Below are positions 1 through 11,451 of a stretch of 64,000 nucleotides of DNA, one piece after another (within the stretch, counting starts at the first letter, position 1; each line of letters opens with the position of its first letter). Both the position numbers and the translations under genes were made by a program. The stretch spans positions 36-64,035 of the forward strand of contig JAHELT010000007.1 of assembly GCA_024644045.1 (NCBI GenBank), written 5' to 3'. Origin of the DNA: Chromatiales bacterium. Its GTDB lineage: Bacteria; Pseudomonadota; Gammaproteobacteria; JAHELT01. Below the pieces are notes generated by a model that saw only the letters and a list, made by a program, of their open reading frames with translations, was not told where the DNA came from and did not search any database.

Positions 1-150
1 GAGGTAGTAGGCAGTGGCCAGGCCGTGCCCACCGCCCCCGACCACGATCACGTTGTAGTGGCGCTTCGGGGGCGGACTGCGCCACGCCGACTGCCAGTTC
101 TCGTGGTGGGTAAGCGCATTTCGCGCCAGACTGAATATCGAATACTTCAT
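1..150 (-). CDS. soxB: Sarcosine oxidase beta subunit, N-terminal fragment (gene runs off the window start)
   Basis: Reverse-complement translation from ATG at 150..148 gives [50 protein letters not shown]. This matches the conserved N-terminus and GxGxxG FAD motif of heterotetrameric sarcosine oxidase beta. It lies downstream of glyA-sdaA as in the known glyA-sdaA-soxBDAG arrangement. Confidence 0.6.
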   Translation of the reverse strand, partial: MKYSIFSLARNALTHHENWQSAWRSPPPKRHYNVIVVGGGGHGLATAYYL

Positions 151-198
151 TCGAAGGTGTGTGCGTCGACGGACGGCTCGAGCGACCCGCTGCGCGGA

Positions 199-1575
199 TC
201 AGCACTCAACCACGTTGACGGCAAGCCCGCCACGGGCCGTTTCCTTGTACTTGGTTTTCATGTCGGCACCGGTTTCACGCATGGTCTTGATCACCTTGTC
301 CAGCGATACGAAGTGGGTGCCGTCACCGCGCAACGCCATCCGCGCTGCGTTGATCGCTTTCACCGCACCCATTGCATTGCGCTCGATGCAGGGCACCTGC
401 ACCAGCCCGCCCACCGGATCGCAGGTCAACCCCAGGTTGTGCTCCATACCGATCTCGGCGGCGTTCTCGACCTGCTCCGGTGAGCCGCCCAGCACCTCGG
501 CCAGCGCCCCGGCGGCCATGGAGCAGGCCACGCCCACCTCCCCCTGACAACCGACCTCGGCGCCCGAGATCGAGGCGTTTTCCTTGTACAGGATACCGAT
601 CGCCGCGGCGGTGAGCAGAAAACTGACAATCCCGTCGGCGCTGGCCTGCGGGCAGAAGCGCTGATAGTAGTGCATCACCGCGGGCACTATGCCCGCGGCG
701 CCGTTGGTCGGCGCGGTGACCACCCGGCCGCCGGCCGCGTTCTCCTCGTTGACCGCCAGGGCATACAGGTCGACCCAGTCCATGGCCGCCATCGGATCGT
801 CGGTCCGGGCATCGTCCGCCTGCAGCTGACGGTACAGCGCGGCAGCACGGCGCTTGATCCGCATGCCGCCCGGCAGTACACCCTCTCGCTCGCAGCCGCG
901 CTCCACGCACGCCTGCATGACATCCCAGATGGCCGTGAGTTCGGCGCGGACCTCGGCCTCGCTCCGCCAGGTGAGCTCGTTCTCCAGCATCAACCGGCCG
1001 ATCGACAGGCCGCTGCTGCGGCACGCCACGAGCAGCTCCGCGCCCGAGTGGAACGGGTGAGGCAACGGCGTTTCGTCGGCAGCGATCTGATCATTACCGA
1101 AGGCATCCTGCGTGACCACGAATCCGCCGCCGATGGAGTAGTACTTTCTGCGGCAGAGTTTTTCGCCGTTGCCATCGAAGGCGGTGATACGCATGCCGTT
1201 CGGGTGCAGGGGCAGGCTGAGTCGGCGGTGAAATATCAGGTCACGGCCCTCGTCGAAAGGCAGCGGGCGCTCGTTGAGCAGCCGGATCTCGCCGCTTTCG
1301 CGGATACGCTGCAAGCGCCCGGGCACGGCGTCTGGATCGACCATTTCGGGCGTCTCGCCCTCGAGCCCGAGCAGCACCGCCTTGTCGCTGCCGTGGCCTT
1401 TGCCGGTGGCACCCAGGGAGCCGTAGAGCTCGGTCTTGACGCGCTGCGCTCCGCTCAGAACACCGTCGTCCAGCAGGCTCTGCACGAACATCCGGGCCGC
1501 GCGCATCGGGCCGACGGTATGCGAGCTCGACGGGCCGATGCCGATCTTGAACAGATCGAAAACGCTGAGGGCCAT
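199..1575 (-). CDS. sdaA: L-serine dehydratase (iron-sulfur, single-chain)
   Basis: 458 aa. N-terminus [24 protein letters not shown] is the L-serine ammonia-lyase signature. Full-length alpha+beta domains. Confidence 0.9.
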   Translation of the reverse strand: MALSVFDLFKIGIGPSSSHTVGPMRAARMFVQSLLDDGVLSGAQRVKTELYGSLGATGKGHGSDKAVLLGLEGETPEMVDPDAVPGRLQRIRESGEIRLLNERPLPFDEGRDLIFHRRLSLPLHPNGMRITAFDGNGEKLCRRKYYSIGGGFVVTQDAFGNDQIAADETPLPHPFHSGAELLVACRSSGLSIGRLMLENELTWRSEAEVRAELTAIWDVMQACVERGCEREGVLPGGMRIKRRAAALYRQLQADDARTDDPMAAMDWVDLYALAVNEENAAGGRVVTAPTNGAAGIVPAVMHYYQRFCPQASADGIVSFLLTAAAIGILYKENASISGAEVGCQGEVGVACSMAAGALAEVLGGSPEQVENAAEIGMEHNLGLTCDPVGGLVQVPCIERNAMGAVKAINAARMALRGDGTHFVSLDKVIKTMRETGADMKTKYKETARGGLAVNVVEC

Positions 1576-1766
1576 GGTCAGGTGCCCCGCGGCCCGGCGG
1601 CGAGCCGGGTACTGAAGAACGCGTTATTCGGCACCCTGCCGGGCGGTACATGTATGGACCGCCATAGATCGACAACCTTGAGTTGTTGATTCATGTGGCA
1701 AGTCAGAATCGCATGGTTGACGCAGCGCGTGGAAAAAGCCACGAATGTGCTTTTTTCAAACACCCC

Positions 1767-3029
1767 CTAGCCCGAGTAGACGGGATAGCGGGCGCACAGT
1801 TCGAGCACCTGAGCACGCACCCGCTCGATCGTCTTTCCGTCCTTCACGTTGTCCATCACGTCGCACATCCACTCGGTGATCTGGCGCATTTCCGCTTCCT
1901 TGAAGCCGCGGGTCGTCGCCGCCGGGGTACCGACGCGGATACCGCTGGTCACGAACGGCGACTGCGGGTCGTTCGGTACCGAGTTCTTGTTCACCGTGAT
2001 GTTTGCGCTGCCCAGCGCCGCGTCGGCGTCCTTACCGGTGATCCCTTTTTCAATCAGGCTGACCAGCATCAGGTGATTGTCCGTGCCGCCGGACACGACC
2101 GCATAGCCGCGCGCCTGAAACACCTCGGCCATGGCCCGCGCATTGCTCACCACCTGCGCCTGGTAGTCCTTGAATCCCGGCTCCAGCGCCTCCTTGAACG
2201 CCACCGCCTTGGCCGCAATGACGTGCATCAACGGCCCCCCCTGCGTGCCTGGAAACACCAGCGAATTGAACTTCTTCTCCAGCGCCTCGTTGCGGCGCGC
2301 GAGAATGATGCCGCCGCGCGGGCCGCGCAGGGTCTTGTGCGTGGTGCTGGTCACCACGTCGGCGACCGGCACCGGGTTCGGGTAGTGACCGGTCGCGACC
2401 AGGCCGGCGACGTGTGCCATGTCAACCAGGAAAAAGGCGCCTACGCCGTCGGCGATGTCGCGAAAACGCTGCCAGTCGACGACCCGCGAATAGGCGGAGA
2501 AACCGGCGATTATCATCTTGGGGCGGTGCTCGTCGGCCTTAGCCGCAACTTCGTCGTAGTCGATTTCACCGCTCGCATCGTCCAGACCGTACTGCACGGC
2601 CTTGTAGAGCTTGCCCGAGAAGTTCACTTTGGCGCCGTGCGTCAGGTGACCGCCGTCGGCCAGGCTCATGCCCAGCACCGTGTCGCCCGGCTCCACCAGC
2701 GCCATGTACACGGCCGCGTTGGCCTGGGAGCCGGAATGCGGCTGCACGTTCGCGTAGTCGGCCCCGAACAGCCGCTTGGCCCGCTCTATGGCCAGCTGCT
2801 CGACCACGTCAACGTACTCGCAGCCGCCGTAATAGCGCTTGCCCGGATACCCCTCCGCGTACTTGTTGGTCATCACCCCGCCCTGGGCTTCCATGACCCG
2901 CGGGCTGGTGTAGTTCTCGGACGCGATCAGCTCGATATGCTCTTCCTGGCGCCGTTGCTCCGCCGCGATGGCCTTCGCCACGTCCTCGTCGTAACCCGCT
3001 ATACGCTCGCTCTTGTCAAACATCTGCAC
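1767..3029 (-). CDS. glyA: Serine hydroxymethyltransferase
   Basis: 420 aa. Motifs [28 protein letters not shown] and [12 protein letters not shown] (PLP lysine region) are diagnostic. Confidence 0.95.
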   Translation of the reverse strand: MQMFDKSERIAGYDEDVAKAIAAEQRRQEEHIELIASENYTSPRVMEAQGGVMTNKYAEGYPGKRYYGGCEYVDVVEQLAIERAKRLFGADYANVQPHSGSQANAAVYMALVEPGDTVLGMSLADGGHLTHGAKVNFSGKLYKAVQYGLDDASGEIDYDEVAAKADEHRPKMIIAGFSAYSRVVDWQRFRDIADGVGAFFLVDMAHVAGLVATGHYPNPVPVADVVTSTTHKTLRGPRGGIILARRNEALEKKFNSLVFPGTQGGPLMHVIAAKAVAFKEALEPGFKDYQAQVVSNARAMAEVFQARGYAVVSGGTDNHLMLVSLIEKGITGKDADAALGSANITVNKNSVPNDPQSPFVTSGIRVGTPAATTRGFKEAEMRQITEWMCDVMDNVKDGKTIERVRAQVLELCARYPVYSG

Positions 3030-3368
3030 TCCTAGTCGATTGTCGCCTGGTCGTTCTCATGGGCCGGGGGTCTGACGTTGGTCAGGGCGGCGGCGCCGGC
3101 AGGCTCACCGGAACCCGTCAGCCTGACGCATAGATTACACATTGAGGATGCGGTGCGCTTTACCCCTTTCGCCAGGGGCTGGCGCATCATCGGCGAGCAG
3201 CGCGACCGCCGGCTTGCTCGCTCACGACACGGAGTTAGCTGCCAGCGACGCTGCGCCTCGGTGGATAGCGCCCCGCGGCGCCCGGGGAACGGAGCGCGCA
3301 TAGACAAACGGCGCGCCGCAAGCGGTGCGCCGTCGCAGGCGGCCGGTGCTGGAACGGAAGGGCGTGCG

Positions 3369-4097
3369 CTACTCGCCGAGCGGCAGGAATCGGGACAGCT
3401 TACCGTCGAGCTGCAGCATGCTGTCCTGTGCCACCAGCTCGTCGCGCAGACGCGCCGCCACGATACGCTGCAGCACGCCGCCCGGGTCGTCCAGACGCGA
3501 CGTGAGCCGCACTTTCACCGCCAGGGTCTGCGTGTGCCACAGGGTTTCTGTCAGATGCTCGAGCTCGCGTACGATCAGCGCTGCGATGCCCGCGGCCAGC
3601 GCCCGCTCAAACCCTTTGCCGCGGTGCACCGGCAGCACGCGAAGACTTTCCAGCGTGTATTGCACGCGTAACAGGGCGTCGCTGCTGCCGCGCTGCGGCA
3701 TCTGGCAGATCCGGCCGAAGCGTGCGATCGCTTTCATCTCCCGCTGCTGGTTCACCTCGATCAGGGCGACGTTGACGGCTTCGACGCACTCGGTCTGATC
3801 GCCGACCCGGCGTTCTGCCACGCCGGTGCGCTGCGGCTGGTCGCAGATGTCCATGATCTGCTCGAGCGCGATGCAACGCAGCGCCATGCGCTGCAGGCGA
3901 TGATGCGCCCACACACCCTCATCGGGCTCGGCGAACGCAGCATCGATATCTTCGTGCCCGAGCGTGTACTCGGGAAACGCCCGCGCGCTGGCAGGTATAT
4001 AGGGCGGGAACAAGGCCCCCAGCTGCAGTTGTGGTCCGCTGGTGGGAAGCGGATTGACCTCGGGCTGCGCACCCACCTGATTCACTTCTGCGGTCAT
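3369..4097 (-). CDS. Hypothetical protein (unrecognised family), upstream of glyA
   Basis: 242-aa ORF with ordinary amino-acid composition. It fills the gap between glyA and the divergent DUF1611 gene. No motif recognised. Confidence 0.4.
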   Translation of the reverse strand: MTAEVNQVGAQPEVNPLPTSGPQLQLGALFPPYIPASARAFPEYTLGHEDIDAAFAEPDEGVWAHHRLQRMALRCIALEQIMDICDQPQRTGVAERRVGDQTECVEAVNVALIEVNQQREMKAIARFGRICQMPQRGSSDALLRVQYTLESLRVLPVHRGKGFERALAAGIAALIVRELEHLTETLWHTQTLAVKVRLTSRLDDPGGVLQRIVAARLRDELVAQDSMLQLDGKLSRFLPLGE

Positions 4098-4281
4098 GCT
4101 CTGTAAGCCCCTTCTCCAAACCTGGGTGTTGATCGTGGCGGTACACGATCACTTCGCGTTGAACGGCATTGTTGTGCGAAGCCCCGGGCTTTGATGTGGT
4201 GCGCTTCACAATCTTGTCAGATCGGCTGAACATGCAGTCAAATAGCCCTTTCCACCGGCGCAGAACAGGTCACTCGAAACG

Positions 4282-5349
4282 ATGCGCACACCGGCTATCG
4301 TGTTGGCGAATGACGGCTATCGCACAGCCAACGGCAAACCCGCACACGGTCTGGTCCGTGGCAGCGACCGGTTTGACATTCAGAGCGTCATCGACCCGGA
4401 CTGCGCGGGCGAGGATGCGGGAACTCTGCTCGACGGAAAGGCCCGCGGCATACCCGTTGTAAAGAACATCGACGAGGCGCTGGCACACGCGCGAACGCCG
4501 CCGCAGGTATGCATCGTCGGCATCGCCACGCACGGCGGACGCTTGACGGAAACGTTGCGCGCGCAACTGCTGGAAGCCGCCGGATGCGGGCTGTCGCTGG
4601 TCAGCGGGCTGCACGATTTCATCGGCGAAGACCCCGAAATCAGCGCTGCGGCGCGCGCCGCCGCGGTGGACATCGTGGACGTGCGCAAACCGCCGCCGCG
4701 GGCCCAGCTCAGCTTCTGGGGGGGCCGTGTCGCGCAGATCCGTGCGATGCGCCTCGCAGTGCTCGGGACGGACTGCGCGGTCGGCAAGCGGACCACGTCC
4801 CGTATGCTGGTCAGTGCGCTGAACGCGGCCGGGATCCGCAGCGAGATGATATACACGGGGCAAACCGGCTGGATGCAGGGCGCGCGCTTCGGCTTCGTGC
4901 TCGACTCGACGCCGAACGACTACGTGAGCGGCGAGCTGGAGCAGGCGCTGCTGCGTTGCGCGCAATCCAGCGACCCGGACGTGATGGTAATCGAAGGCCA
5001 GTCGGCGCTGCGTAATCCGAGCGGTCCCTGCGGCGCCGAGCTGCTGCTGTCCGGCGACGTCTCGGGCGTCGTTCTGCAGCACGCGCCCGGCCGCACCTTT
5101 TTTGACGGCTTCGAGCATCTGGGCCGGCGCATCCCGTCGCTGCGCAGCGAGATCGAGCTGGTGTCGCTTTACGGCGTAGCCACGCTCGCGGTCACCCTCA
5201 ACGGCGACGGCCTGGACAGGCAGGCGCTGGCGGGACACCAGGCGGCTTACGCAGAGGAGTTGGGCATCCCGGTGATCGCCCCGTTGCACGACACCATGGA
5301 CAGTCTGGTCGGCGTCATACGGGCGTTTCTGACCGGTCCGGCCACCTGA
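4282..5349 (+). CDS. DUF1611-family protein (DgcN-like putative D-glutamate N-acetyltransferase)
   Basis: 355 aa. Resembles the DUF1611 family, whose members commonly sit near dipeptide epimerases and peptide transporters (motifs RMLVSALN and VIEGQSAL). Confidence 0.7.
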   Translation: MRTPAIVLANDGYRTANGKPAHGLVRGSDRFDIQSVIDPDCAGEDAGTLLDGKARGIPVVKNIDEALAHARTPPQVCIVGIATHGGRLTETLRAQLLEAAGCGLSLVSGLHDFIGEDPEISAAARAAAVDIVDVRKPPPRAQLSFWGGRVAQIRAMRLAVLGTDCAVGKRTTSRMLVSALNAAGIRSEMIYTGQTGWMQGARFGFVLDSTPNDYVSGELEQALLRCAQSSDPDVMVIEGQSALRNPSGPCGAELLLSGDVSGVVLQHAPGRTFFDGFEHLGRRIPSLRSEIELVSLYGVATLAVTLNGDGLDRQALAGHQAAYAEELGIPVIAPLHDTMDSLVGVIRAFLTGPAT

Positions 5350-5473
5350 CAGCGGTCGCGGCGCGCGAACGCGTCGTGCAAGACTCGCGCAGCGGATTTC
5401 TGACATAATCGGCGGAAATGGTTGCGTAAGCAACTCGAACGGGTCTCAACAGCCGGGAGCGGTTCGAACCACG

Positions 5474-7353
<1,880 letters not shown>

Positions 7354-7357
<4 letters not shown>

Positions 7358-9261
7358 GCGTCGCCCTGAACTGCACCCTGGCAGCGGCGCTCGCCCTGTC
7401 GAGCACGATGGCCGGGGCCGCGGAGATCCCCTATCTGGCCAAGGCCGTGGCCAACGGCGCGCTGCCCCCGCAAAGTGAACGCGTCCCGCAGGAGCCGCGG
7501 CGTCTGGCGTATTCGGAGCACCAGGCGATCGGCAGGCACGGCGGGCAGCTGCGGCTGCTGATGGCAAAGGCGAAGGATACCCGCCAGATGGCGGTGTACG
7601 GCTACGCCCGCCTGGTGGTGTACGACGAGTCGCTCGAGATCGTGCCCGACATCCTCGCCGACGTCAGCGTGGAGCAGGGGCGGCGTTACACGCTGCGGTT
7701 GCGCCCGGGGCACAAATGGTCCGACGGTGCACCGTTCACCGCCGAGGATTTCCGTTACTTCTGGGAAGACGTCGCCAACAATCCGGACCTCTCGCCCTAC
7801 GGACCGCCGCAGGTGCTCCTGGTCGACGGCGAGCCGCCGCTGGTGGAATTTCCTGACCCACATACCGTTCGCTACACCTGGAAGCGACCGAACCCGTATT
7901 TCCTGCCGCACCTGGCGGCAGCGAGACCGCTTTACCTGTACCGACCGGCACATTACCTCAAGCAGTTTCACGCACTGCACACCGACCCCGAGACGCTCGC
8001 GGCGCGGGTTACACAGAGCAAGGCACGTGACTGGGTAAGCCTGCACACCCGCAACGGGCATCTCTACAAGTTCAACAATCCCGAACTGCCGACCCTGCAG
8101 CCCTGGTACAACACGACCAACGCGCCGGCCGAGCGTTTCGTATTCAAACGCAATCCGTTTTTCCACCGCGTCGATCCGGACGGCCAGCAGCTGCCTTACC
8201 TCGACGAGGTGCTGATCCACATCGCTTCCGCGGGATTGATTCCGGCCAAAACGGGCGCCGGTGAATCGGATCTTCAGGCGCGCTACCTGCGCCTCGACAA
8301 CTACACCTTCCTGAAGGCCGGTGTGCAGAAGAGCGGCTACGACGTACGCCTGTGGCGTACTGCCAGAGGTTCGCAGATCGCGCTGTTTCCGAACTTGAAC
8401 ACCCAGGACGAGGTGTGGCGTAAGTTACTGCGCAATGCGCAGTTTCGCCGCGCACTGTCGCTGGCGATCGACCGGCAGGAGATCAACCAGGTCGTTTACC
8501 TGGGTGTTGTGATCGAAAGCAACAATACCGTGCTCGAGCAGAGCCCGCTGTTCCGCAAGGAGTATCAGACCAGGTGGGCCGAGTTCGACCTGAAGCGCGC
8601 CAACCGGATTCTGGACGAGCTCGGCCTGACCGAGCGCAACAGCCGGAACCTGCGTCTGCTGCCGGACGGCAGACCGATGGAGATCCTGGTGCAGACCGCC
8701 GGCGAGAACACCGAAGAAACCGACGTGCTGGAACTGATCCACGACAATTGGCTGAAAGCCGGTGTCAAACTCTACTCCAAGCCCTCGCAACGCGAGGTGT
8801 TTCGCAACCGGGTTTTCTCCGGCGACGCGATCATGTCCGTATGGGCGGGGCTTTCCAACGCCCTGCCGACCGCGGACATGAGCCCCGCAGAACTGGCGCC
8901 GACCTCGCAGGATCAGCTGCAATGGCCCAAGTGGGGCCAGTACTTCGAAACCAAGCAGCGGGCGGGCGAAGCACCCGACCTCGCCCCGGCCAAGCGTCTG
9001 CTCGAGTTGAACAAGGCGTGGGAAACGGCGCCTGACTCGCAGGCCCGCGCCGGCATCTGGCACGAGATGCTCGGCATTCACGCCGACCAGGTCTACTCGA
9101 TCGGCCTGGTCTGCGGCGTGCAACAACCCGTGGTCGTCAACGCCCATTTGCGCAACGTCCCCAAAGCCGGAACCTACAACTGGGATCCCGGCGCCTACTT
9201 TGGCATCTATCAACCCGATACGTTCTGGTTCACGGAAAAGCGCCGCTCGCCGGCCGAATAA
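7354..9261 (+). CDS. yejA: Peptide ABC transporter substrate-binding protein (SBP family 5, YejA-like)
   Basis: Signal peptide MSVALNCTLAAALALSSTMAGAA begins at the in-frame ATG at 7354. The long ORF in the track (6517..) is read-through across the upstream ATPase gene. Family-5 SBP features, ~636 aa. Confidence 0.8.
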
Positions 9262-9278
9262 AACGAACAACGAGCACC

Positions 9279-10274
9279 ATGTTGCGCTACGTTATTCAGC
9301 GTTTGCTGATGATGATCCCCACGCTGCTGGTGATCAGCGCGCTGGTGTTCGTGATTATCCAGCTGCCGCCCGGCGACTACCTGGAAAGTCATATAGCCGA
9401 GCTGCAGAGTCAGGGCGAATCGGTGGATCAGGAAAAGATCGCCTTCCTGCGTCACCACTACGGACTCGACAAGCCGCTCTATCAGCAATACATCTATTGG
9501 CTGGTCGGCATGCTGCAGGGCGATTTCGGGTACTCGTTCGAGTACGACCTGCCGGTGTCCGACGTAGTCGGCGATCGCCTGTTGCTGACCGTGCTGGTAT
9601 CGGTGTTCACCATCATCTTCACCTGGTTGATCGCATTTCCGATCGGCCTGTACTCAGCCACCCACCAGTACAGCTGGGGCGACTACGGCCTCACCCTGCT
9701 CGGCTTCATCGGGCTCGCCACACCGAACTTTCTGCTCGCACTGGTCATGCTCTACCTCGCCAACGTGTGGTTCGGCACCTCGATCGGCGGTCTGATGGAT
9801 GCGCGCTACATCGACCAGCCGTGGAGCTGGGGGAAATTCGTCTCGATTCTCGAGCACCTGTGGATCCCGGTCATCGTCATCGGCACCGCCGGCACCGCCG
9901 GCATGATCCGGCGCCTGCGCGCGAACCTGCTGGATGAGTTGCAGAAACAGTACGTCGTCACCGGCCGGGCGAAGGGATTACCGCCGTTCAAGCTGTTGAC
10001 CAAGTACCCGCTGCGCATGGCGTTGAATTTCTTCATCGCCGACATCGGCAGTCTTCTGCCAAGCGTCATATCGGGCGCCGAGGTGACTGCCGTCGTGCTG
10101 TCGCTGCCAACCACCGGACCGATGCTGCTGGGCGCGCTGCAGAGTCAGGATATGTATCTGGCCGGGTCCTTTCTGATGTTCCTGGCCACCTTGACGGTGA
10201 TCGGGGTACTGCTCTCCGACCTCGCGCTGGCCGTGCTCGATCCACGCATACGCCTCCAGGGTGGCAACCCGTGA
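9279..10274 (+). CDS. yejB: Peptide ABC transporter permease (YejB/DppB-like)
   Basis: 331 aa, N-terminus MLRYVIQRLLMMIPTLLVISALVFVIIQLPPGDY is typical of DppB-family permeases. Multiple TM segments. Confidence 0.85.
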   Translation: MLRYVIQRLLMMIPTLLVISALVFVIIQLPPGDYLESHIAELQSQGESVDQEKIAFLRHHYGLDKPLYQQYIYWLVGMLQGDFGYSFEYDLPVSDVVGDRLLLTVLVSVFTIIFTWLIAFPIGLYSATHQYSWGDYGLTLLGFIGLATPNFLLALVMLYLANVWFGTSIGGLMDARYIDQPWSWGKFVSILEHLWIPVIVIGTAGTAGMIRRLRANLLDELQKQYVVTGRAKGLPPFKLLTKYPLRMALNFFIADIGSLLPSVISGAEVTAVVLSLPTTGPMLLGALQSQDMYLAGSFLMFLATLTVIGVLLSDLALAVLDPRIRLQGGNP

Positions 10275-11443
10275 ACGACGCCCGTAAGCCCGGCCAGGTC
10301 GGCGCGCATTACGTGTCGGACGCCCCGTTCGACCCCGGCTCCATCGAAGTCCTGTCGCCGGAGCAGGAACGCTACTTCCTGGCTTCGCAGTGGCGCCTCA
10401 TGTGGTGGAAGCTGAAACACCACCGGCTGGCGATCGTATGCGCGTTCATTCTGCTGCTCATGTACGCCAGCACTCTGGTCAGCGAGATGCTGGCGCCCTA
10501 CGACCTGCACTCCCGCTTCAGCGGTTTCATATTTACACCGCCGCAGCGCGTGCACCTGTTTCACGAGGGCGAATTTGTCGGTCCGTTCGTCTACGCGATG
10601 AACTCGCGCCTCGACATGGAAAATCTGCAGCGTATCTACACCGAGGATACGGACACTCTGCACAGGCTGCGCTTTTTCTGCCGCGGCGACCCCTACGAGT
10701 TCTGGGGCCTGTTCGATGGCGACCTGCACCTGGTCTGTCCCGCCGAGAATGGCACCCTGTTCCTGCTCGGCACCGACCGACTGGGGCGCGACATGCTGTC
10801 ACGTATCATCTACGGAACCCGCATCTCGCTCACGATCGGCTTGATCGGTATCACCATTAGCTTCGTGCTCGGTATCGTGATCGGCGGTATCGCCGGCTAC
10901 TATGGCGGTATCATCGACCATGTGGTTCAGCGGATCATCGAAATACTTCGCTCCTTCCCGGAGCTGCCCCTGTGGATGGCGCTGTCCGCGGTTCTGCCGG
11001 TCAACTGGAGCCCGGTGCTGATTTTTTTCGGCATCACGGTTATATTGGCGCTGCTGGATTGGACCGGTCTGGCGCGCGCCGTTCGCTCGAAGCTGCTGGC
11101 GCTGCGCGAAGAGGACTACTGCGTCGCCGCACAGCTGATGGGCGCCCGTCCCCGGCGGATCATTGCGCGCCACCTGCTGCCCGGCTTTTTCAGCCACCTC
11201 GTCGCTTCAGCCACACTGTCCATTCCCGGCATGATTCTCGGCGAAACGGCATTGAGCTTTCTGGGCCTCGGCCTGCGTCCTCCCGTAACCAGTTGGGGCG
11301 TTCTTTTGAATGAGGCACAAAACATCAACGTTGTAGCTTTGTATCCCTGGCTGATGCTGCCCGTAGTCCCGGTGATCGTAGTCATTCTGGCCTTCAACTT
11401 TTTCGGCGACGGGCTGCGGGACGCCGCCGACCCCTACAAGTAA
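10271..11443 (+). CDS. yejE: Peptide ABC transporter permease (YejE/DppC-like)
   Basis: 390 aa, BPD_transp_1 permease with a long N-terminal extension as in YejE. Start overlaps the yejB stop. Confidence 0.85.
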   Translation: MNDARKPGQVGAHYVSDAPFDPGSIEVLSPEQERYFLASQWRLMWWKLKHHRLAIVCAFILLLMYASTLVSEMLAPYDLHSRFSGFIFTPPQRVHLFHEGEFVGPFVYAMNSRLDMENLQRIYTEDTDTLHRLRFFCRGDPYEFWGLFDGDLHLVCPAENGTLFLLGTDRLGRDMLSRIIYGTRISLTIGLIGITISFVLGIVIGGIAGYYGGIIDHVVQRIIEILRSFPELPLWMALSAVLPVNWSPVLIFFGITVILALLDWTGLARAVRSKLLALREEDYCVAAQLMGARPRRIIARHLLPGFFSHLVASATLSIPGMILGETALSFLGLGLRPPVTSWGVLLNEAQNINVVALYPWLMLPVVPVIVVILAFNFFGDGLRDAADPYK

Positions 11444-11451
11444 GGCCGCCA

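Noticed and set aside
670-3035. Long plus-strand ORFs (339 aa at 670..1689 and 450 aa at 1683..3035) antisense to sdaA and glyA
   Set aside because: They fully overlap two strongly conserved genes on the other strand. They have Arg/Ala/Gly/His-rich low-complexity translations typical of shadow ORFs in ~67% GC DNA.
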